Shown here: positions 8,053-15,300 of the stretch, piece by piece | How the letters are laid out: the number at the start of each line of letters is the position of its first letter | Position numbering within the stretch: position 1 is the stretch's first letter | Position numbers and translations under genes: made by a program | Notes under the pieces: generated by a model | What the model saw: the letters and a program-made list of their open reading frames with translations, nothing else | Database searches by the model: none | Told to the model about the DNA's origin: nothing | From: Candidatus Iainarchaeum sp. | GTDB taxonomy: Archaea > Iainarchaeota > Iainarchaeia > Iainarchaeales > 0-14-0-20-34-12 | Assembly (NCBI GenBank): GCA_030649345.1 | Contig: JAUSKK010000003.1 | Span: forward strand, 1-20,596 | Direction: 5' to 3' | DNA: 20,596 bases

Positions 8053-8601
8053 TTGGTTGTTATGCCAGTAAACGAAAAAATTGTCTTGGATACCATTAAG
8101 CAAATGAAAGAAGCCGGCTTAGAGGATTCCGTCATTTTAGCTACTTTAAAAGACATTGGCTTAACTGACTTGGAATCCAAGGAATTTTTAGCCAAAGCCA
8201 CCGGCAAATCAGAACCTTCGGTTCCGATACCTCCCACTAAAACTTTCAGCAAATCCGAAGAACCTAAAGAAGAATCTTTGGAAACCGAAGAAGAACCTAG
8301 TAAAGAAGATTCTGATCTCGACGATGAAGCACAAGAAGACGATTTAGACGATACTGCGCATGCAGTTACTCATGTAGCTTTGCAAGCACAAGGCCAAAAA
8401 TTGGATGACTTGCATGAAAAAGTTTCTGGTTTAGAAAAACCGCTTGAATTGACTCAAATTTTAGCAGAACTTCAATCCATTCGAAGAGACTTACAAGAAC
8501 TCAAAAAACAAGTCTCTGAATCCAAAGCCTTAAATGCAGCCACCCAAGACGTTATGGAAAAAGTTTTAGATGTGAATCGAAAGATTTTGAATAAACAGTA
8601 G
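8053..8601 (+). CDS. Hypothetical acidic coiled-coil protein
   Basis: 182-aa ORF as tracked, which starts at TTG 8053; the ATG at 8062 (MPVNEKIV...) is the more likely start. It has a small helical N-domain, a very acidic Glu/Asp/Ser linker (EEPKEESLETEEEPSKEDSDLDDEAQEDDLDD) and a C-terminal coiled coil (ILAELQSIRRDLQELKKQVSE). Confidence 0.65.
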   Translation: MVVMPVNEKIVLDTIKQMKEAGLEDSVILATLKDIGLTDLESKEFLAKATGKSEPSVPIPPTKTFSKSEEPKEESLETEEEPSKEDSDLDDEAQEDDLDDTAHAVTHVALQAQGQKLDDLHEKVSGLEKPLELTQILAELQSIRRDLQELKKQVSESKALNAATQDVMEKVLDVNRKILNKQ

Positions 8602-8857
8602 TGCTGAACTGTAATTGCGTATAGGTACTTTGAATAAATTAGTCAACTGAACTAATTCTGTCTAAAATTTGAACAGGTCTTTCATACCTCTAGTTTTTAG
8701 TCCAGCAGGTTCTTCTCATTTTTTGGTTGCTTAGTACGCGACTGGACACACTTTCTTTAGTAAATTTTGCATTCAGTAATCTTAGTTGTAAAAATTAAAA
8801 GTCCATAATATGCTCTTTCAATTATTAATTTTTTAACATTAATACTAACTTTTACTG

Positions 8858-9520
8858 TTAAATGGCATGAATATTTTCCTTTTGGACTTCGCCTTTGTTT
8901 TCTTTTTTGCTTTTATGATCTTTGCTTTTTTCTTTATGACTGCTTGTGTCTTCTTTTTTGTCTTTATGCCCATGACTTCCTCCGCCCCCGCCAACTTTTC
9001 CAAATAATCCAAAAAAGCGATTAATAAATTCTTGAGTACCTTGAGATACTCTGGTCAAAATCGGCCGCGTTCTATATCCGCCTTTATTGAATACAATTTC
9101 TGAAGTTTTGTCTGCAATATTGCTGGACATGTCTTGAATGACTCCTATTCCAGGCGGTGTTGGATTTGCTTGTTCTACATCTTCTGCAATTCCTTGAATT
9201 AATTCTTGAGTTGTACTTTTCATTCCATTAACTACTTGCAGAATGCAAATTACTCCCAACAATAACATAAATGAATGCAAAGTAATCCAGCCATAGGCTG
9301 CATCCCAATAGGTTGGCACAATCATGGTGGCATAACCAATCAAAGTCAGCCAAGATAAACCGCCCCAAATAATTAAAATTATAAAAATAAAAAAGAATTT
9401 AATTTCCAATTCTTTGAACACAAATGCATTAATGTAAATTAAAATAAATAAAAGCCATGGACGCCACCAAATCATTTGGTCTTTCCATGGAATATTTTTG
9501 GTCTGATAAGCTTTACTCAT
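8858..9520 (-). CDS. Polytopic membrane protein (~4 TM) with a soluble C-terminal region and a Gly5 plus His/Lys-rich tail
   Basis: 220-aa ORF, the last gene of the co-oriented cassette. Hydrophobic helices include WLLFILIYINAFVF, FFFIFIILIIWGGLSWLTLIGY and ITLHSFMLLLGVICILQVV. The tail reads 'GGGGGSHGHKDKKEDTSSHKEKSKDHKSKKENKGE'. Confidence 0.65.
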   Translation of the reverse strand: MSKAYQTKNIPWKDQMIWWRPWLLFILIYINAFVFKELEIKFFFIFIILIIWGGLSWLTLIGYATMIVPTYWDAAYGWITLHSFMLLLGVICILQVVNGMKSTTQELIQGIAEDVEQANPTPPGIGVIQDMSSNIADKTSEIVFNKGGYRTRPILTRVSQGTQEFINRFFGLFGKVGGGGGSHGHKDKKEDTSSHKEKSKDHKSKKENKGEVQKENIHAI

Positions 9521-9544
9521 AATAGCATCCTTGTTTTGAATGAA

Positions 9545-9862
9545 TTAAAATCCACCCATTCCGCCGCCCATCATGCCCATGTCGCCGCCGGGCGCATACA
9601 TATCCGGCTCTTGTTCTTTGGCTTTAACTCCCAACAATAATGCTAAAATCATTAATCCAAATAAAATAAACGGCCAAAATTCATCAATGGAATTTCGGCT
9701 GACAAAAAACAAAACCAATGCAACCAACAATACAATCGTTGCCGACAAATTACGCAATCCTACAATTAACAAAATAATGGTTCCAAAAATTAGCCAATTT
9801 TGTCCAGTTTGCAAAGACAAGCCAACTAAAATAACTGCAATCAATAAAGTAAATGGATCCAT
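9545..9862 (-). CDS. Small 3-4 TM membrane protein with a Gly/Met-rich C-terminal tail
   Basis: 105-aa ORF, almost entirely hydrophobic helices, ending 'PDMYAPGGDMGMMGGGMGGF'. It lies 24 nt upstream of the next gene on the same strand. Confidence 0.65.
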   Translation of the reverse strand: MDPFTLLIAVILVGLSLQTGQNWLIFGTIILLIVGLRNLSATIVLLVALVLFFVSRNSIDEFWPFILFGLMILALLLGVKAKEQEPDMYAPGGDMGMMGGGMGGF

Positions 9863-9885
9863 ATTTTTTCATCTCCGTGTTAATA

Positions 9886-10146
9886 TTAATCTCTTAAGTG
9901 GTCTTCTCCGCCTACATCAGGGCCTGGCATTTTTTCTACAATATTTTTTCCAAAAAATGAAATCAAAAATAAAATTACTGGAATCCAGATAAGAATTGGG
10001 TGAGTAAAGAATCCTAAATAGGTAATAATGACTGCAAACAAAATAGCTAACTTAGCACTGCCCAATTGATTTTTAGCCCAGCCATAAACCCATACCAAAT
10101 AAAATAAAGAAAGAATAGTCTGCAAATCCGACCATAAATCAGCCAT
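9886..10146 (-). CDS. Small membrane protein (2-3 TM), paralog family 'AK-N-x-L-G-S-A'
   Basis: 86-aa ORF. The motif 'WAKNQLGSAKLAILFAVIITY' aligns with 'FVKNHVGTGPLGLAIMIGISW' (130-aa protein) and 'TVKGYLGSGMIPLLLSAILIY' (110-aa protein). Confidence 0.6.
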   Translation of the reverse strand: MADLWSDLQTILSLFYLVWVYGWAKNQLGSAKLAILFAVIITYLGFFTHPILIWIPVILFLISFFGKNIVEKMPGPDVGGEDHLRD

Positions 10147-10227
10147 AGGTTTTCACTCTATAAATAATACCTTTCTCTGAGTTTAAATACGTATGGCACG
10201 GTGTTGATTGCGCTTTCGCTTGTTTAA

Positions 10228-10560
10228 TTAATGTCTTTTGGTAACCATCATGGCAATGTTTAATCCCCAGATAATTACAGACAAGAAGTTGAATGCCAAT
10301 AGCACGTAAAAGAATACAAATATGCTGGTGGTTAAAAATGCATGTTTGATGACCAGTAAATAAATAAGTATTGCACTTAAAAGCAATGGAATCATTCCAC
10401 TGCCTAAATATCCTTTGACTGTAGAGTATAGCGTGAAAATTAAAATTAAGCGCATAATAATGTCTGCAGCTGGAAAAAACATCATAATCAAAGGAGGAAT
10501 GGCGGCCACTACAATAAAGCCTAACAATGCAAAAATAAACAAATTTCCTTTTGAATTCAT
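10228..10560 (-). CDS. Small membrane protein (~4 TM), same paralog family
   Basis: 110-aa ORF only 4 nt downstream of the 130-aa gene. It shares the 'VKGYLGSG' loop motif followed by a TM helix. Confidence 0.65.
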   Translation of the reverse strand: MNSKGNLFIFALLGFIVVAAIPPLIMMFFPAADIIMRLILIFTLYSTVKGYLGSGMIPLLLSAILIYLLVIKHAFLTTSIFVFFYVLLAFNFLSVIIWGLNIAMMVTKRH

Positions 10561-10564
10561 AATA

Positions 10565-10957
10565 TTACCTTAACATTCTTCCTCTGGCATGTGCTTGATG
10601 CATGGCGTGTTGTCTGGCTCTGTTTCGTTCAGCTACATCGGCTTGAGTTCCTTTGGGTGCTTCCATTCCATGCGGGGTAATGTGTTGTTGTCCCACAAAA
10701 AAGAAATCAATCAAGATTCCAGAAACTCCCATGGTTAATAGAGTGTACAATACGTATACTCCTCCAAAGAAAGACCAGGCATCGAATAAAATAAACCAAG
10801 AAATTCCAATCATAATGGCTAAACCTAAAGGCCCTGTTCCTACATGATTTTTTACAAACGAAATAATACTCAATAAAGCAAATATTTTCAAAGCCAAATT
10901 ATAGTCTTGGAATATTTCAGTAAAAAATAATGCAGTTAAAAAACTAAATTCAAACAT
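10565..10957 (-). CDS. Small membrane protein (3 TM) with a His/Arg-rich C-terminal tail, same paralog family
   Basis: 130-aa ORF 44 nt downstream of the giant gene. It carries the motif 'VKNHVGTG'. The tail reads 'HITPHGMEAPKGTQADVAERNRARQHAMHQAHARGRMLR'. Confidence 0.65.
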   Translation of the reverse strand: MFEFSFLTALFFTEIFQDYNLALKIFALLSIISFVKNHVGTGPLGLAIMIGISWFILFDAWSFFGGVYVLYTLLTMGVSGILIDFFFVGQQHITPHGMEAPKGTQADVAERNRARQHAMHQAHARGRMLR

Positions 10958-11001
10958 AAGATTCGTAGAAATTATAAATTTCTTTGTTTAAAATTGTTAC
11001 T

Positions 11002-12363
11002 TTATTCTGCAATGCACTTGAATTCAGAGTTATCTGGGGCAGTATTCATGGTTTGTTCTAATGCAGTAATTCGTGCCTGATCGTATACTTTCTTTTCATC
11101 CCAGTAAAACAAGATTTTGGTTCCGTCATTAATCATGCACATTTCACCAGTTTGCACCAATTCAAACACTTGGCTAATAGATCCAATTTGAGTTGTTCGA
11201 TTGGCTAAACTCAAAGGTTGGTCTTGGAATCCAGTATGTCCTGCGTTCAATACTTTGGGTTTATTGTTTCCTTCTCCTTGAGTTCTAAAACTATACGTTT
11301 CATTAAACGGAGTATAGACTACTGTTTTTAAGAAAACATTTCCTGTTTTGTCAATCTGGGGCCATTCTTGATAATATGTATTACTTGCTGGGTCTCTAGA
11401 ATCTTGAGTATTATTGAATACATTGGATACTGAAATTCCAGTAAAATCCAAACATCTTCCAGCACCAGTCCAGTAAGTTAACACATTTCCAATATTTTGA
11501 ATTTGATTTCCTGAATCCATTAATTGATAATTGGCTCTATAAGGATCATCGCTTGTTTCAGTTTGATTCATTTTTAATAAAATAGCGTGCGGGTTGTTGG
11601 GTGTAAATTGTATTCTGGCCTGCGTTCCATCTTCGTTTCTTTCAATCTCCATTACTTTTCCTCTATTTTCTATAATATCATTATTCATTTTTTGCAAGCT
11701 TTCTTCTTGCTTTACTTTAAAAGTAACCAGTGGATTGCTGGAATTAATGGGTGTAGTTTTTAAAGTTTCAATATCCCCTGTGCCTGCAATAACATAAATT
11801 TCTTGTCCTTCATTTTCGTAATTCACTCCATATCCTTGTCTTCCATCAGCGCTATTCAATCCAACTTTTCCATCAAATGGCAAATAATAAAATGGGTGAT
11901 CGGGTACAGGATTTTGTATTCTGTCAAATACTGCATTTATGTTTACATTGCTGGCTCCGTTTCTGAAAAATTTCCATTCTTTGTTTCCAAAATCTATTTC
12001 CAAGTTTACTTTATATTTTCCAGGCACTCCAATATTGCTGGTGTCTGTGTATTTTCCTTTGAATTTGAATACTGTTGAATCTCCAAATATTTCTTTTAAT
12101 CCATCTTCGCTTTGCTTAAACCAATCTGGCGTATCTATCACACTATCCAATCCATAGGTTTCCACAAAGTCGGATTGGAAGTCTGTATTGGGATTGTCTT
12201 TCATTAACAAGGCTTCAAACGAAACAGTTTTATTTAAAGTTTGAATATCTGGAATTTCATTTGTCCACTGAACAGTACTTGAGTTAACTGCAAATACTGA
12301 AATTATTGGAACACCTGCAGCTTCTTTGGTAGTGTAAGGCAAAATACATTCTTCGGCTATTCC
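11002..12363 (-). other. Conserved C-terminal module (~450 aa) shared with the paralog at 19132-20596
   Basis: Collinear matches, giant vs paralog. ECILPYTTK / DCEPYTTT. FEALLMKDNPNTDFQSDF / FNAFLMEDGYSEDFRADF. PGKYKVNLEIDF / AGKYKVTLKVTY. DHPFYYLPFDGKVGLNSADGRQGYGVNYENE / DSPFYYMPFDGLLGKDTPNGRQGYGVNFREQ. RCLDFTG / RCKDFTG. GNVFLKTVVYTP / GDLYLGTVFFTP. ISQVFELVQTGEMCM / IQKVIQLVKEGQVCV. The C-termini are KCIAE / LCITD. Confidence 0.8.
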
Positions 12364-15300
12364 TGATTCTCCTTCGATTTGGAATATTTGGCTGGCACTT
12401 CGATTGTTTGCAATTCCTGGCGTAGATTCTTTAACTCCTGCTCCAAAAGCATACACTTTTCCTGGACTTAAATTATAAAAAGTAGTATTTGAAGTTAGAG
12501 TTCCATTGGCTGGCACAGTAATTGGAACTATTGCACTTTGATCTCTGGATCTATCTTGTAATGTAATAGCTGAAAATTGAATTTGTGCTGTTTGTGCTTG
12601 GGTTGTTTTATTTTCCACAGTTGCAGTTATAACTGCCGTTGTTTCCGTGATTTGGGTTTCCACTATTTTGACTCCAATATTTCCAACAGCTATTTCTAAA
12701 TTATTGGGCTGAGCTCCAGCTGCAGCATCTGCAATGGCTCCAGTTATTGGATTGGCTGGACAATTTAAGCTAGTTTCATTTTGTTCCAAAAATGTTTTTA
12801 ATGCATTCATTTTTTTGTTAACCATGATCGCAAATTGAGTTGCATCACAATATACTGCATTTTCATTACTGGCATCACAAGTATTGGCTTCAATTGCAGT
12901 ATTTCCAGTCCAAGTCCAATCAAACTTTACTTTAGGCATACTCGCATTTGTTCCAGTGTCTCCTTGAATTACTCCACGCATACAAGTTTCAGTATCTCTA
13001 AAGCTTGGTCTTTCTGCTGGCTTGGGTTTGGTGGCTAATTTTATGTGGTATTTGACTTCGCGTTCTTTAGTTATTCTTCCAGAACAATCTCCATTGCTGA
13101 AACTAACTTTTCCAGCAGCAAATTCTTGAGGTGTAATTTCATCTGCAAATGCTTCTTCGTCATTTTCGTCTTCTTCACAATATAAGTCATATTCTCCTTG
13201 TGCTTCTGGGCTGTGGGCTAAATCTCCAGCATAAATTCGTTCAGCGTATTTTAATTTTAATATTCCAAATTCATCTTTTACTGAACTAACTCCAGTTGTG
13301 TTGGTGATCTTTAATGCACTTCCGGTTTCAGCTCCATCTTGTTTTAAGTCAATTTCTTTTCTTCCTAATGAAACTGGAATATTGGCAATATCCCATTCAG
13401 AATTGCTTAGTTCTGTAAAGGTATGTTCTGTTAAGTCACTATTATCTAAATTCCCAGAACCGATTTGTGTAACTGGAACAATTCTGGCCATAGTCACAAA
13501 TTCCTCTTCACAATCTGGCCACATTATGATTGTTATAACCAATGCAGATGTTGCTAATATTCCTGCAGCCACCCAGCCAGCTACTGGAATTGTTGCAACT
13601 GTTGCAGCTAAATATAAAATTGGCACTGCAAAAGCTGCCGCTCCAGCACCAGCTCCAACACCTACGCCAATCCAATTTTCATTTTCTTCATCAATATGGT
13701 CTGCTACGCATTTATTAGTTTGAATAGTCACTCGTTCGAAAATATTTTTATTGGTTAAAATTGCAGTATCTTGTGCTTGCGGTCCAATGATTTGGAATGC
13801 GTAATTGCTTAAAGTAATTTGTTCCGAAGAATTGGGTTGAACTTTGACATCCAGTCTTTTAATTTCTTGCCCTGGCCCGGATTCAATAGAACTTTTGGCT
13901 TTAATGGGGATAGTATAAACTCCAGCCAAGTCTCTTCTTTCTACAACAACTTCACTTTCTGCACTTGCTCCAGTTCCAAATAATGTAACTCTTTGATTTT
14001 GCGGGCTGGCAATGGCAATTCTTCCTTCTGAAGTTCCACCGGAACAACCTGGATCATTTTTGCAAAAGTCTAAAGTAATTCTAGCCTGTGCACAATCTGG
14101 AACCAAAGAAACTTTGAATCTTATTTCTTCGGTGTCTGAAGCAATCTCTGGATTGGTTGTATCAATATTAATGCATTGTTCTAAATTCACAATATATGCT
14201 TTGACTGTAATATTTTCTGGAGTGCTTCCAATCAATGGTTGTTCTGCATTTGTTTCTGGATTACTAATAAATCCTTTAATGGTAATGGTGAATCCAACTT
14301 TTTGTCCAATAAATTCTGCATTCGGTCTAAAGCCTAATTGCAAAGAATAATCTTGATCTGTTCGAATTTTTTCCAACAAAGTATTGGTTTGTCCATTGCG
14401 TAAAGGAATAATTGATCCTTCAGAATTCGGGCCAGTCATAGTTAAAGTGGCTGTTCCTCCAGCTGTTGGTCCTTCAGTCCAATTCAATGTAACTTTTAAT
14501 CCATCCAATTCTACAGGCACATCATTGAGTGTACAATTGTTTGTTAGTTTGAACTCTGTAACTTCTTCAATATCTTTGGTTACAATATCCCATACTGGAA
14601 TCTTGTTTCCGTTTAAAACAATACAACCGCTTGCAGGTCTTCCAGCAAACTGTACAGATCCTTGCACTGGAATTTGGAAAGCATAAGCATTATTCACTCC
14701 ATCTAAGAAAGCCAAACCAGTTAATTGAGTAGTAAATGTTTCTGTACTTTCTTGCATTCGCATTTCAGCGTCTCTAGTTAAAGCAGCCAAAGCAGTAAAG
14801 TTTTGAGTTCCATCCACTGAAATGATTTGCAATGCTTCATCTTGACTTTGAGTTTCCAGTAAAGCCTGCATTCTTCCGGTATCAAATATTCCGGGTGTTG
14901 CTCTTTGAATTTCTCCAAATCTTAAATTTTGAATTCGAATATTTGCTCCAGCTCGGTTATGCAAACTAAACGTTTGAGATTCGTCTGTTCGAGTTCTAGT
15001 ATTCAAGTTCATGAATTGAATTTCTTCCGGCAAAAAATCTACCACATTGGTATCTGTATTCAAAACTAATTCGCCTTCCACATATCCTTCTTTGATGGCT
15101 GAAACAATGACTTGAGCATTCGGAGGCAATCCAGGAATAGTGAATAAAACTTGTCCAGTTAAATTTGGATTCGTTCCAGATATTTGAGTTCCGTTTGAAA
15201 TTAATGTAGGATTTAATTCTCCGGGTAATAATGTTCTAACTTCTACTCGTACTCCATCTAAATTAAATTCTCTGGTTTGTTCTGAACTTCCTCTAGTTTG

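Noticed and set aside
7983-8252. 89-aa minus-strand ORF overlapping the start of the 8053-8601 gene
   Set aside because: It lies antisense to the better-supported acidic coiled-coil gene, has no recognisable features, and would run into the repeat and promoter region. It is most likely spurious.
9573-9992. 139-aa plus-strand ORF spanning two small membrane-protein genes
   Set aside because: It is antisense to two co-oriented hydrophobic ORFs that fit the cassette. Its Asn/Lys/Ile-rich composition is typical of chance ORFs in AT-rich DNA.
10968-10982. Hairpin 'gaaatt-ata-aatttc' just downstream of the giant gene stop, as a terminator or attenuator
   Set aside because: It is a 6-bp all-A/T stem with a 3-nt loop, expected by chance in this composition and thermodynamically weak. 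The same region equally well provides TATA-like boxes for the next gene.
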